The notes: generated by a model not told the origin, from the letters alone. A DNA stretch of 20,000 nucleotides from an uncultured virus (IMG/VR IMGVR_UViG_3300022555_000044) (IMGVR_UViG_3300022555_000044), one strand, 5' to 3'; shown: positions 1 to 9,746, counted from the first letter of the stretch. Program-made: numbers and translations.

Positions 1-314
1 GGAAATATGTTGATTTTGCTTGTTTGAATCAACTGTCTTCAATTTTTGGAAATTATATTATTTGTGTAGTTGGAAAAATAGAGAAAATTTTTCCATACTC
101 AGATTATCTAAAAAGTAAAAGATTAATCAATATTTATGAAATTCAAAATCAAACAGAACAAGAGATAGTTAATTTTATCTGCAGTAGTAAAAAATATTTT
201 GGATTTGATGATCGATATACGAATGTATGTTTAAATCATAATGTTAGTTTTTATATTTTCAATCCAAATAGAAATGCAGATGCATTATTACCAGAATTAT
301 CTTATAAGATTTAA
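1..314 (+). CDS. 5'-truncated hypothetical protein, possibly the C-terminus of a GT-B/GT9-like glycosyltransferase
   Basis: The frame is open from position 3 to TAA at 312-314. IVNFICSSKKYFGFDD..TNVC loosely resembles the GT9 'I..a..fig.DsG..H' segment but is degenerate. Confidence 0.35.
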   Translation, partial: KYVDFACLNQLSSIFGNYIICVVGKIEKIFPYSDYLKSKRLINIYEIQNQTEQEIVNFICSSKKYFGFDDRYTNVCLNHNVSFYIFNPNRNADALLPELSYKI

Positions 315-327
315 AAAGGAGATCAGA

Positions 328-1014
328 ATGGACACTAGTATTAAGAATATCAAATTAGTTGAACTTGCTAATACTTGGCAGGGCGAGGGGCCTGATACAG
401 GTAGACAGATGGTAATTGCTCGTTTTAAGTATTGTAATCTGCATTGTAAATATTGTGATACTTGGATTAAAATGAAGACTACTGTTGAAGGAAATTATAG
501 TATTGATGATATTAATTCAGCACTTGTAAAAACTCGCGGACTTATGATTACCGGTGGAGAACCGACTCTTGAAGCAAATAATATTCGCAATTTATCAAGC
601 ACCTTGGAAATGATTAGATATTGTGATTATCAATCTTTAAATGTTGAAACTAACGGATGTAACATTGAAGGTTTACTTTCTGGAATGATTGGTGTTGCTG
701 GTTCAACTGTTAAAATCATGTATTCTCCAAAGATCTTTTCTGAAAAAGATTATAAAGAAGGAATTGAGAAAGTTAGGAATGTAATTTCCCACCCTTCTGT
801 TTATTTGAAGATCGTTGCTGATAAAACCGAATTAACCGAACAGTTTATTAAAGAAGTGTGTACTATTACAGATTCAAAGAGTAAGATTTACTTGATGCCT
901 TTGGGTGTAACATCAGAAGAGATCGAATCAAATTGGGTCTACTGTATAGATCTCGCTGATTCTGTAAATGCTAACATCAGTACAAGAATGCATATTATGC
1001 ATAGTTTTACATGA
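328..1014 (+). CDS. queE: 7-carboxy-7-deazaguanine synthase (radical SAM, QueE-like)
   Basis: Motifs TWQGEG, RFKYCNLHCKYCDT (CxxxCxxC), ITGGEP, VETNG, SPK, YLMP and C-terminal RMH. Start moved to ATG 328 because AAGGAG lies just upstream. Confidence 0.88.
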   Translation: MDTSIKNIKLVELANTWQGEGPDTGRQMVIARFKYCNLHCKYCDTWIKMKTTVEGNYSIDDINSALVKTRGLMITGGEPTLEANNIRNLSSTLEMIRYCDYQSLNVETNGCNIEGLLSGMIGVAGSTVKIMYSPKIFSEKDYKEGIEKVRNVISHPSVYLKIVADKTELTEQFIKEVCTITDSKSKIYLMPLGVTSEEIESNWVYCIDLADSVNANISTRMHIMHSFT

Positions 1015-1018
1015 AATT

Positions 1019-1942
1019 ATGAATGAGTTGTGTCAGTGTGGTTGTGGTAAAGAAGTTACTAGTGAAAAGAATAGATTTATTCACGGACATAGTAATAGAG
1101 GAAGAAAAGATCTTTATATAAAACGAGCGAAGAATTATAAAGAAAAATACGGTGTTGATAATCCAATGCTATTAAAAGAAATTCAGATAAAATGTGAACA
1201 AACATGTTTTAAGAATCATGGTGTGAGGCACCCGACACAATTAAAAAAATTTCAAGAAAAATCTGAACAAACATGTTTTAAGAATCATGGTGTAAAATAT
1301 TCAACTCAATCAGAAAAAATTAAAGAACAATCGAAACAAACATGCAAAGAAAAATATGGTTTTGAAAGTCCAAATCAATCAGAATTGGTTAAAGAAAAGA
1401 AAAGAAAAACAAATATAGAACATTGTGGATTTGAAAATCCAATGCAATCAGAAAAAATTAAAGAACAAGTAAGATTAATAAATCAAGAAAAATATGGTGA
1501 AGAACACTGGGCAAAATCACAACAAGGAAGAAAATTTTTTAGAACGAATGCTGTTAAAAGAGTTGAAACTCAAAAATTAAATGGTGAACCATTAATGCCG
1601 TGTATTGGAAATACAGAACGAAACAGTTTAAATGAATTAGAAATGACTATTAATAAAAAAATTAAACGAAATGATCATTCTATCTTCGATTTAGTTAGTT
1701 TTTTTCCTGATGGTCATATACCAGAATTAAAACTTTTTATTGAATTTGACGAAAAACTTCATTTTGAAGATAAAGAAGAAATGACTATTCTAAAACAAAA
1801 AGATATTGATAGACAGCATGTTTTAGAATCTATTCCTGGTTATAGAGTTTTTAGAGTTTCTGAAAAAGACTGGAATGAGAATAAAGATCAATTAATTGAA
1901 CAATTTAAAATTTTAGTAAAGAAACTTGAAACTGGAGTTTAA
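1019..1942 (+). CDS. Free-standing putative homing endonuclease: CxCGCG N-terminus, 23-aa repeats, C-terminal Vsr/DUF559-like nuclease domain
   Basis: N-terminal LCQCGCG, repeated K(Y/H)G..(N/H)P.Q..K units, and C-terminal FFPDG.IPELKLFIEFDEKLH...GYRVFRVSEKDW. Start ATG 1019 chosen just after the queE stop. Confidence 0.7.
   Translation: MNELCQCGCGKEVTSEKNRFIHGHSNRGRKDLYIKRAKNYKEKYGVDNPMLLKEIQIKCEQTCFKNHGVRHPTQLKKFQEKSEQTCFKNHGVKYSTQSEKIKEQSKQTCKEKYGFESPNQSELVKEKKRKTNIEHCGFENPMQSEKIKEQVRLINQEKYGEEHWAKSQQGRKFFRTNAVKRVETQKLNGEPLMPCIGNTERNSLNELEMTINKKIKRNDHSIFDLVSFFPDGHIPELKLFIEFDEKLHFEDKEEMTILKQKDIDRQHVLESIPGYRVFRVSEKDWNENKDQLIEQFKILVKKLETGV
1195..1468 (+). repeat. Intragenic tandem repeats with a 69-nt (23-aa) period
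   Basis: Exact 30-nt copies at 1195-1224 and 1264-1293 (offset 69). Exact 24-nt copies at 1307-1330 and 1445-1468 (offset 138). Confidence 0.9.
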
Positions 1943-1946
1943 TTAT

Positions 1947-2330
1947 ATGAGTACAGTAAAGATTTATTTAGCATCAACAATTTATACTTCTGAACCCGGT
2001 ATTAGTTGGAAACAAAGATTTACGAAAGAATTTGATCCTGATCTATATAGATTTTTTGATCCTGATCCAATTAATGAACCGGAATCTTATTGTATTGCTA
2101 AAGATAAAGCAGAAATTTCAAACTGTGATATTTTTGTTGCTTATATTGAAAGACCCTCATTTGGTACGGCAATGGAGATAATGTACGCATCAATGTTACA
2201 CACTAAACCAATTATGATTATTGATCCGAAAGGTATTCTTATGAATGATTTGTGGGTTTCATTTCATGCTCATCTGATTTGTTCTGATGTTGTTGATTGC
2301 GCTAATCATATCAAGACAATGAGATTCTAA
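1947..2330 (+). CDS. Nucleoside 2-deoxyribosyltransferase / nucleotide N-hydrolase family protein
   Basis: KIYLAS, FFDP, D.AEISNCDIFVAY, and SFGTAMEIMYA carrying the catalytic Glu motif. GGAG at 1934-1937 precedes ATG 1947. Confidence 0.8.
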   Translation: MSTVKIYLASTIYTSEPGISWKQRFTKEFDPDLYRFFDPDPINEPESYCIAKDKAEISNCDIFVAYIERPSFGTAMEIMYASMLHTKPIMIIDPKGILMNDLWVSFHAHLICSDVVDCANHIKTMRF

Positions 2331-2371
2331 TTATTCTTTAATGAATAAATTGTGTTAAAAGGAGTTTATTT

Positions 2372-3106
2372 ATGGTTAGAGAAGCTATGCTTTGTAGCGT
2401 TGGATTGGATTCTTTTATCTTAAAACGATATTTAGAATTGCAACGTCATGAGTTTGATTGTCTATATTTTAATCATGGTGGCAGATATGTTGAAAATGAA
2501 ATGAAGTATTTAGATTCTTCGACCAAGATTATTACTAATATGTGTTTTCAAGAGATTGAGATGCCAAATGCTTTTATTCCCAATAGGAATATTCTAATGT
2601 CTATTATGGCTAATTCATTAGGATATTATATGATTTGGATTGGTGGTTCTGCTTCTGATAGAGTAAATGATAATAATGAAAAAGTATTCGAACAACTATC
2701 TGATTTTTTAACAAAAATGACCGGACGAATAACTAAAGTTGATTCTCCATTTTGGAATAGTTACAAGGAAGATATGATTCTGTGGTATGTCAGAAATGGC
2801 GGAGTACCAGAACATTTAATTTCTAAAACATTTTCTTGTTTTAATCCATTACCTGTAGCTCAAAAAATTTCATTAAGATATAGTAATTCCATGGATAATT
2901 TTGATTATGATACAACTGAATGTTTGAATTGTGCTGCATGTTTCAGAAAATGTGTTTCAATATGGTCTACCGGTCATTTTATCCCATTTCGTAATATAGA
3001 TATCGTTAAAAAATATAAAATCGAATTTACCAATTGTTTAATTGAAACTACAAGATCTAGAAATACATTATCTTATATCAAAAAACTGGAATCTTCAATA
3101 TCATGA
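2372..3106 (+). CDS. queC: 7-cyano-7-deazaguanine synthase (QueC-like PP-loop ATPase)
   Basis: SVGLDS PP-loop variant, FIPNRN, D.N, SPF...K, TFSC and Zn-binding C..C..C (CLNCAAC). AAGGAG RBS. Confidence 0.8.
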   Translation: MVREAMLCSVGLDSFILKRYLELQRHEFDCLYFNHGGRYVENEMKYLDSSTKIITNMCFQEIEMPNAFIPNRNILMSIMANSLGYYMIWIGGSASDRVNDNNEKVFEQLSDFLTKMTGRITKVDSPFWNSYKEDMILWYVRNGGVPEHLISKTFSCFNPLPVAQKISLRYSNSMDNFDYDTTECLNCAACFRKCVSIWSTGHFIPFRNIDIVKKYKIEFTNCLIETTRSRNTLSYIKKLESSIS

Positions 3107-3633
3107 GTGACGATAAAGAAAAGAAAGTTTCTGTCTATACCATCATGAATCGATGGTTATATGATGGAAGCACATCTACTAAAATACCAACCGAACTTGA
3201 ATCGGATAAATCAATCTCTCAGATGTATCTGCTTTATTATTTTCGTGCTAGTCCCTATGGATTAGTGATATCAAAACTTTTAAATAACTGGGGTATTTTT
3301 TCATTAGATAGAATTGAGATTTTATATTTTCTAAAAGAATGTATAGCTAGAAGTGGTTATAAGCCACCATTCATTCAGAAAATCCCAGCTAAGAAAAATA
3401 AGTTATATGATAATCTGAAAGAACGATATCCTTATTTGAAAACTGAAGAAGTTAATATGCTCGTTGGTTTCGTTGATGCTTCAGATGAAAAAGATACAAT
3501 GTACGAGATGTTCGGTATATATTCTCCAGGAAAGAAAAAGATAACCAAAGAACAGAAAAAGAAATTAGAAAAAGAAAAATCTGAACCCAAGAAAGAATTA
3601 TCAGTAGATAACTTACTGGAGAATTTTAAATGA
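3103..3633 (+). CDS. Hypothetical protein (faint resemblance to the T4 gp62 clamp-loader small subunit)
   Basis: 176-aa ORF with ATGA overlaps at both ends and a Lys-rich C-terminus. The gp62 resemblance is weak and unverified. Confidence 0.55.
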   Translation: MSDDKEKKVSVYTIMNRWLYDGSTSTKIPTELESDKSISQMYLLYYFRASPYGLVISKLLNNWGIFSLDRIEILYFLKECIARSGYKPPFIQKIPAKKNKLYDNLKERYPYLKTEEVNMLVGFVDASDEKDTMYEMFGIYSPGKKKITKEQKKKLEKEKSEPKKELSVDNLLENFK

Positions 3634-3875
3634 ACGAAATACAAAATAAGGAATGTTTTGAAACCTTTATAGATGAGATGAGATCTGTGTTGAAATCTCA
3701 TAATCCATCAAAAGGTAACTCATGGCGGAATCAAGAAGAACATGAGTTGGTTGATAATCTCCTTGAGGAAGTTCGAGAATTTGAAATTAAAAATGATCCT
3801 GATCATGAACTAATTGATATAGCTAATTCTTGTTATTTACTGTGGGCAAAAAGGAAATTTTTTAAAGGAGTTTAA
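3630..3875 (+). CDS. Small MazG-like (all-alpha NTP pyrophosphohydrolase) protein
   Basis: KG.SW......L...LLEEVREF......ELIDIAN fits the EE..E / E..D metal-binding pattern of the MazG/DUF550-type superfamily. Confidence 0.55.
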   Translation: MNEIQNKECFETFIDEMRSVLKSHNPSKGNSWRNQEEHELVDNLLEEVREFEIKNDPDHELIDIANSCYLLWAKRKFFKGV

Positions 3876-3876
3876 T

Positions 3877-5928
3877 ATGTCTGAAGAAGCAATTTTCTTT
3901 AATCAAACAATATGGAATGGATTTGATAAATTTATTTCATCATCTAGTTTCAACGTTGATAAATTTGTAGTTAAAGAACCTTGGGGCGTTAGTCCACCAA
4001 GAATCAGATTGAGTATTAATAACTACAAGGCAAAATCTAATAGTTCAATTTCATTATCTCATCAAGAAGTTTTCGTTTTTCTTCAGCAGTTTAAAAAGTT
4101 TGAAGATAAAATTTCTTCTATAATCAAAGAGATTTCCGAAGATCAGAATAAGCAACATACTTTTTCGATTAAGAACAAGAAGAATCTTTTCATTACATTT
4201 ATGCATCGTTCAGAGTATAACGGAACATGTATTAGAATAGTAATCAGTGAGAAGAATAACGATTATCTAGATAGCGAAAAAACATATCTCCCTATAATGG
4301 ATTTTTTATCTTTGGTAATGGTACTTGGTCAGTTCAGAAATAACTATCTATCGACTATTGATTCGATGACCACAATCATGTCGATTAACGATATGGCTCA
4401 GAAGATAACCAGTTTAGATGAAAAATTAACTGGTTACTATTCTGAACTATCTGCAAAGAATACATTATTTCAAAATGATACATTAATCAAGAAACATAAT
4501 TTATCAATAGAATACAGTCCTTTTGATGAAGATCTTACAACTAAAAAATTAGAAATTATTGAAGCATCAATAGAACCAGAATCTTCATCATCTAGTTCTA
4601 CAGTAGATTCTTTTAAACCATCTGAAGTTCATGATGATTTATCTAGTTTCATTAATGATAAACGAGAAACTTTTGATTTGGGTATTACTGAAACACAAAG
4701 GCCTCCTGCAATTACTAAAGATGCTACTATTATGCCTGTGACTTTCACCGAGAAGATGCTTGGTAATGATCTTAGTAATCTAGAAATGTATATAATGAAT
4801 CTGATCAATGATGATCTGCCTCTTAGTAAATTTTCAGAATTAATTAAATCGAAATTAAACTTTGATGCTTTGGAAGGAATTTCTTCTGAAAATATAAACG
4901 AAATGGATTATATATCTACGTTATTTTTGAAGAGTATTATTAAAGATAATCTGAATGATAAGAAAGAAATTCCAAATTCGGTTCCCCCTGTAATCTTTGA
5001 TAATATTACTGCTAATGAGAATAAGATTTCTTTAGCATATGATTTATGCTTATATTGTATATACTATAGTCATCTTAGAAATATATTAAAAGATAAAGAT
5101 TATGGTGTAGTTGCGAATAAAGAACTAGTATCGTTTGCTTTAAAAGTTATCTCTGCACCGTATGTATTTAGTTTTATGAAATTAATTGATGATAAAATTC
5201 TTGCTGCTGAACTTATAAACAGATATCACAGATACAGAAATAATGGTGTATTTGATAAAGTTGAAGCACAGATTAAAGAAACTCGTTCTATTACCATATC
5301 AATACTCGATGAAGTAATTAGAACAGAAGCTACTAGATTTCATTCTATCATTATACAGAGATGGGATAGTTTGGTTGTTGAGGCCACTTTTAAAGATAGA
5401 AATAGTATCTTAAAGTTAGAAGATTTTAAGAAAAACAAACTATCCAAAGAACAAATTAAAAAGATTTTGCTTGCGGAGTTTAGTTTTAAAAAGAATAATC
5501 AAGTTAATTTTAAAGAAGCCGGTATAGATAGTTTTGATGATATTCCATTATCTATTTCTGTAAAATTTGGTATAATAAAGCAAAAATTCGATAATACCAA
5601 TTTGAAAAGATTCGTAAAAGAAAAATGCAAAGATAATCCGGATTTGAATTCTAAATGTTTGGAAGTTGTAGATTATATCAATGAAAGTTTTAAGGATTTG
5701 AAGGATAAAGTAATTGATTATTCAATTATTCCAGAAGAAATATTGAAAGCTATGATTCTGTGGGATTTGAAAAATGATTCAAAACTTTCAAATAATTACA
5801 TTTATTTAACTGAGCAAGTTAAGAAATCTACTTTGAGTAGAGATATGATCATAACAATGTTAATGAATACAAGTAACGCAAATGATCCAGATTTTACTAA
5901 ATCATTTTTAGCATCTAGAGACGAGTAA
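3877..5928 (+). CDS. Large hypothetical protein (683 aa)
   Basis: Long ORF with AAGGAG RBS and a Ser/acidic linker in the N-terminal half. No family recognised. Confidence 0.8.
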   Translation: MSEEAIFFNQTIWNGFDKFISSSSFNVDKFVVKEPWGVSPPRIRLSINNYKAKSNSSISLSHQEVFVFLQQFKKFEDKISSIIKEISEDQNKQHTFSIKNKKNLFITFMHRSEYNGTCIRIVISEKNNDYLDSEKTYLPIMDFLSLVMVLGQFRNNYLSTIDSMTTIMSINDMAQKITSLDEKLTGYYSELSAKNTLFQNDTLIKKHNLSIEYSPFDEDLTTKKLEIIEASIEPESSSSSSTVDSFKPSEVHDDLSSFINDKRETFDLGITETQRPPAITKDATIMPVTFTEKMLGNDLSNLEMYIMNLINDDLPLSKFSELIKSKLNFDALEGISSENINEMDYISTLFLKSIIKDNLNDKKEIPNSVPPVIFDNITANENKISLAYDLCLYCIYYSHLRNILKDKDYGVVANKELVSFALKVISAPYVFSFMKLIDDKILAAELINRYHRYRNNGVFDKVEAQIKETRSITISILDEVIRTEATRFHSIIIQRWDSLVVEATFKDRNSILKLEDFKKNKLSKEQIKKILLAEFSFKKNNQVNFKEAGIDSFDDIPLSISVKFGIIKQKFDNTNLKRFVKEKCKDNPDLNSKCLEVVDYINESFKDLKDKVIDYSIIPEEILKAMILWDLKNDSKLSNNYIYLTEQVKKSTLSRDMIITMLMNTSNANDPDFTKSFLASRDE

Positions 5929-5944
5929 TAATTAAAGGAAATAT

Positions 5945-6565
5945 ATGTTAACACTAGGAAATAAACTAAATCGAGTATATACTTTGTATTTACCATTCAT
6001 GGATGATTTTTGCGAAATATCAATTTTGTTTAATAAATCTAATTCTTTTGTTGGTTTTAATATAGATCAGAAAAATTATATCAAATCACGAAATAATGAT
6101 TGTAAATGTTTTATTTTTAATGATCTTAGTAAATCTGCTTTTGCAACTGCATTTTTAGATTTGCGAGATTTTAGAAGTAAAAATCTAGATATACAGCATC
6201 AATTTCATAATATTTTACCTAACTTTAAAGATAGAATTCATTATGAAACCAATGAAACAATTAAGTTATCAAAAGTTTCTACACCAAAAGGAAAATTAGA
6301 AAGTTGTATTTATATCTACGTATTTAGGTTGACAGATCATGGAAATAACTTTGTTTATTGCTTGGTTGAGAGACAACATATTGATGTGGTATTAGATAAG
6401 AAAATAGTTAGAACTTTTGCGGTTCAATTGTGTTCAAATGATTGTCATGAAGATTTAACGTCTATGATCGAAGCATCTAACAGAGATGTGGTTCAAACTG
6501 AATCTGTTGATTCTCTACGAGATATATTTGCAGAACGAAAGAACGTTAATGTACACGAAGATTAA
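5945..6565 (+). CDS. Hypothetical protein (206 aa)
   Basis: ORF with AAGGA RBS that fills the gap between neighbouring genes. Confidence 0.7.
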   Translation: MLTLGNKLNRVYTLYLPFMDDFCEISILFNKSNSFVGFNIDQKNYIKSRNNDCKCFIFNDLSKSAFATAFLDLRDFRSKNLDIQHQFHNILPNFKDRIHYETNETIKLSKVSTPKGKLESCIYIYVFRLTDHGNNFVYCLVERQHIDVVLDKKIVRTFAVQLCSNDCHEDLTSMIEASNRDVVQTESVDSLRDIFAERKNVNVHED

Positions 6566-6605
6566 CTTCATATTTTTCTACGAATAAATTAAAAGGATTT
6601 ATTCA

Positions 6606-8549
6606 ATGTCATTTAAACCAGTAGTTCGAAGACAGACTGTGGATACGTTTTTTATCCATAATTGTTTTGGTTCTTTCTTTAGTGGTGTACTGGATTTCTT
6701 TGGTGATGAATTTTATCCGAGATTTAATTACAAAGTTATTGGCGCGTATGACAAGGCTGTGAAATTTTTAAACGATAGAAAACAAATGGGTGTCGATCCT
6801 AATGGACCGATTCTTCCTGCTATTAGTCTCGATCCGATGTTGGATTTTTCAAATGAAGAACGCGGTGGTAGATTTTTATGGCAGCATAGAACATTAGCAC
6901 CCGGTATAGGAATGAGATTATTTAAATCGATAGATTTAGCAGAACAGGATATTATAGTAACTCCTGTTTTTTCACGGTATCAAGGAACTTTTGAAATAAC
7001 TTTTTGGTTATCATCAGTTTATGAATTAATTGATTTTCGAGTAGCATTACTTCAATTTTGTGGTGGTTTTAATAGATGGATTCGTCCAACATATTTTTGG
7101 TCTTATTTGATTCTACCTGAAGAGATAGAAAATTATACTAATGAAGACGGAAAAAAAGTTAGTTGGTCAAATACTTATGCTGAAGTAATTCATGTTGATA
7201 CTATCAACAAGCATAAGTTGGCTCATCCAATAGCATTAGATCCGATCTGGAAACTAGAATCATTTTCTGATGCATCAACAAAACATGGCGGCGATCAACT
7301 CGCAGAATACAAACTGACAGCATCATTTGCATACGAAGTAAATATTCCAACTTATCTAGTATTATCAAGAGGAATAGATCCGAAGATTCAACTTAGTTTT
7401 TCGATAGGTAAGACATATACAAAATATCCATTGGTATCACCATTTAAGATTTTACAATCCGTATCAGAAATAGATAAAACAAGAACTTATGTTTCTCCTA
7501 AATTTAAACTTTTTACTTTTATAAATCAGGAATTGGCACGAAAGAATATTATATGTACTTTTTCAAGTAATACATTTTCATATCCAGATAAGATTCCTAG
7601 TTGGAATTATATTATTTCTGGTCCAATAGTTGAAATTTCTAAATCGTGGTTAAGTAATCCACAGAATATAATCAATAAGAATATGATTATTTATTTTGAT
7701 AAGTATATTCCTGATTATCTTCCTGCTATAAGATCTTGTCATGGCGTAATTTCTAAAACGGATTCATCTTCAAGCGATGCTTATCAGAAATGTCATATAT
7801 TGAAAAAAGCATTTTTGGGGAATTTAACTTCAAATGAAGCAACTATTGTTAAAAATTTAAATGGGCAAATAGTTACATTGGATACTTTAAATAGAAAGTT
7901 ATATTCTGGAAGTTTAGAAATTGAGCAAGCAGATGAAAATGATTCCTCCGCGGGTTATGATACTGTTGCTCAGATTAAACAAAACGATCCAGAACTATAT
8001 ACCGAAGCAGTACAGGTAGCAGAAGATTCAGAGCCAATCAATTTTATTCCGGTTAATAAAGGCGGACCAGAAAATTCAGATGAGTTTACTAAACGATTAT
8101 TGGTTAGTAATTGTAATGGTATTCAATCACAATTTGTGTTGGATTTTATTATTGATGATGCCCAATTAAGTAGATTTTTTATATACGTTGATAATTCTTT
8201 AAAAAGACAACCAGTAGATTTTACTATTATTGATAAATCAGTAATTTCTTTTCATGAACCACCACCAAAAGGATCAGATGTTTATATTGGTGGAACTACT
8301 ATGGTAATTAGAACTTCTAAATTAATTGGATTATATGAATTTACAGTAGATGATGTTACTAATGATATTCCGCCAATTAAAGTTGTATTACCTCAAAAAG
8401 TAGATCGACAAGAAGATTTAGTTGTTGTCTCCTACTCTGGAAAATTAGAATATGAGAAAGATTATATTTTAGAATCTGATAATACTACTGTTGATGTTTT
8501 GATTAAACCAATCGCAGATGAAATTGTACAATTCTTTTATTTTGTTTAA
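6606..8549 (+). CDS. Putative virion protein: tail-completion-like N-terminus, degenerate PEP-utiliser swivel domain, C-terminal beta-rich structural modules
   Basis: LPAISL...YQGTFEITFW...KLTASFAYEV is reminiscent of T4 gp15-type proteins. The middle matches the PEP-utiliser mobile domain pattern. CNG.QSQF.L...IYVD..L....DFTI....ISF.EPPPKGS.V is a common phage structural module. Confidence 0.55.
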   Translation: MSFKPVVRRQTVDTFFIHNCFGSFFSGVLDFFGDEFYPRFNYKVIGAYDKAVKFLNDRKQMGVDPNGPILPAISLDPMLDFSNEERGGRFLWQHRTLAPGIGMRLFKSIDLAEQDIIVTPVFSRYQGTFEITFWLSSVYELIDFRVALLQFCGGFNRWIRPTYFWSYLILPEEIENYTNEDGKKVSWSNTYAEVIHVDTINKHKLAHPIALDPIWKLESFSDASTKHGGDQLAEYKLTASFAYEVNIPTYLVLSRGIDPKIQLSFSIGKTYTKYPLVSPFKILQSVSEIDKTRTYVSPKFKLFTFINQELARKNIICTFSSNTFSYPDKIPSWNYIISGPIVEISKSWLSNPQNIINKNMIIYFDKYIPDYLPAIRSCHGVISKTDSSSSDAYQKCHILKKAFLGNLTSNEATIVKNLNGQIVTLDTLNRKLYSGSLEIEQADENDSSAGYDTVAQIKQNDPELYTEAVQVAEDSEPINFIPVNKGGPENSDEFTKRLLVSNCNGIQSQFVLDFIIDDAQLSRFFIYVDNSLKRQPVDFTIIDKSVISFHEPPPKGSDVYIGGTTMVIRTSKLIGLYEFTVDDVTNDIPPIKVVLPQKVDRQEDLVVVSYSGKLEYEKDYILESDNTTVDVLIKPIADEIVQFFYFV

Positions 8550-8588
8550 GTTTTGATAATTGTGAATAAATTCTAAAGGAGTTTTATC

Positions 8589-9746
8589 ATGGATCAGTGG
8601 GCAATTAGTTCATCTCAATTTTTTGGATATTATCCAAAATATGAGTACTTGGATAATATATTATCTGTAACCGGTAGAAAGAAATTAAATCTATACGTTG
8701 ATGTAAAAGGTTGCGCAACATCTTTGTTTCAAGAATGGGCAGTTAAGCATATATTAGAACACAGTAAAGATTCGATTACTGTAGATACATCTTTATTTGC
8801 TGGAGTTTTGGAATTCATTCAGTGGCATAAACTATATGCTAAAAAAAGACAGATTGATATAAATTTTTATTTCTTTATGGAAAGTGGGAAATCAACATAT
8901 CATTTAGAAGTGTATAAAGATTATAAAGCTCTCCGTGGTGTTAGTGATATGTTTGGATTAGATTTAGCATCGAGAGAACTATTTCATAAAATTTTAGATC
9001 GAAATTATAATGTCACTGATAAGGTAGTTAATAAATTACCGAATTGTAATTTTATTAGATTGAATTTTCTTGAAGCCGACTTTATGCCATATTATTTGAT
9101 GAAACACATCCTACCAAAAGAGAATGTTGATTCTGCTGCTAATATTATCTATAGTACTGATAAAGATATGCTTCAGTGTTTAGATGGAACTAATATATTT
9201 CAATTTTATAGGCACTATAAGCAAGTTAAGATGCTTGCGTATAAGGATATTTATACCCATTTTCCTAAAGTAGAATTGGAAGTAAATGATCCTGCATCTT
9301 GGTTTCCGTTGGTGTTATCTATCATTGGTGATGATTCAGATGGATTTAAGGGTGTAAAGGGAATTGGACCCAATAAACTAATTGAAATCTTTGATGATGT
9401 AAAAACACTAGTTGGTCATTCAATGAATAATGTGTACGATAATATTGCAAATAAGAAACCAATCTTTGATCAAAATTATAAAGTTGCAAATAATGGTTTA
9501 AAGTTAGTTTTGAGAGATCATGATATCATTGTTAGAAATTTAAAATTATCATCATATAAGATTTTATCTGATGTATTAGAGGGTGGTTTTCCAACCGATA
9601 TGATTGAAAAGAAAAAACAGATAATAGAAAATGTATCTACTACACAAGTGAAGTGTTCAAATGCAAGTGTTTTAATTAACGCTTTAAATAAAAATGGGTT
9701 GATGGGTATTGTTAAAGAATCTGTAATATCGGGGTTGTTTGAATGA
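8589..9746 (+). CDS. 5'-3' exonuclease / flap endonuclease (T4 RNase H or Pol I 5'-nuclease-like)
   Basis: YKDYKALR, LEADF, STDKDMLQ and the H3TH motif GDDSDGFKGVKGIGP. Confidence 0.88.
   Translation: MDQWAISSSQFFGYYPKYEYLDNILSVTGRKKLNLYVDVKGCATSLFQEWAVKHILEHSKDSITVDTSLFAGVLEFIQWHKLYAKKRQIDINFYFFMESGKSTYHLEVYKDYKALRGVSDMFGLDLASRELFHKILDRNYNVTDKVVNKLPNCNFIRLNFLEADFMPYYLMKHILPKENVDSAANIIYSTDKDMLQCLDGTNIFQFYRHYKQVKMLAYKDIYTHFPKVELEVNDPASWFPLVLSIIGDDSDGFKGVKGIGPNKLIEIFDDVKTLVGHSMNNVYDNIANKKPIFDQNYKVANNGLKLVLRDHDIIVRNLKLSSYKILSDVLEGGFPTDMIEKKKQIIENVSTTQVKCSNASVLINALNKNGLMGIVKESVISGLFE

Noticed and set aside
1195..1468. Spaced exact repeats resembling a CRISPR array
   Set aside because: They are in-frame 23-aa protein repeats within an ORF, with only two copies of each exact unit.
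968..1942. Endonuclease as part of a group I intron or intein in queE (likewise 9743-10453 in the exonuclease gene)
   Set aside because: The upstream genes appear complete, and there is no non-coding space for a ribozyme core and no intein motifs.
2372..3106. QueC as part of a QatABCD or type IV CBASS defence system
   Set aside because: No ATPase, TatD, cyclase or TGT gene is nearby, and the linked queE favours preQ0 biosynthesis.
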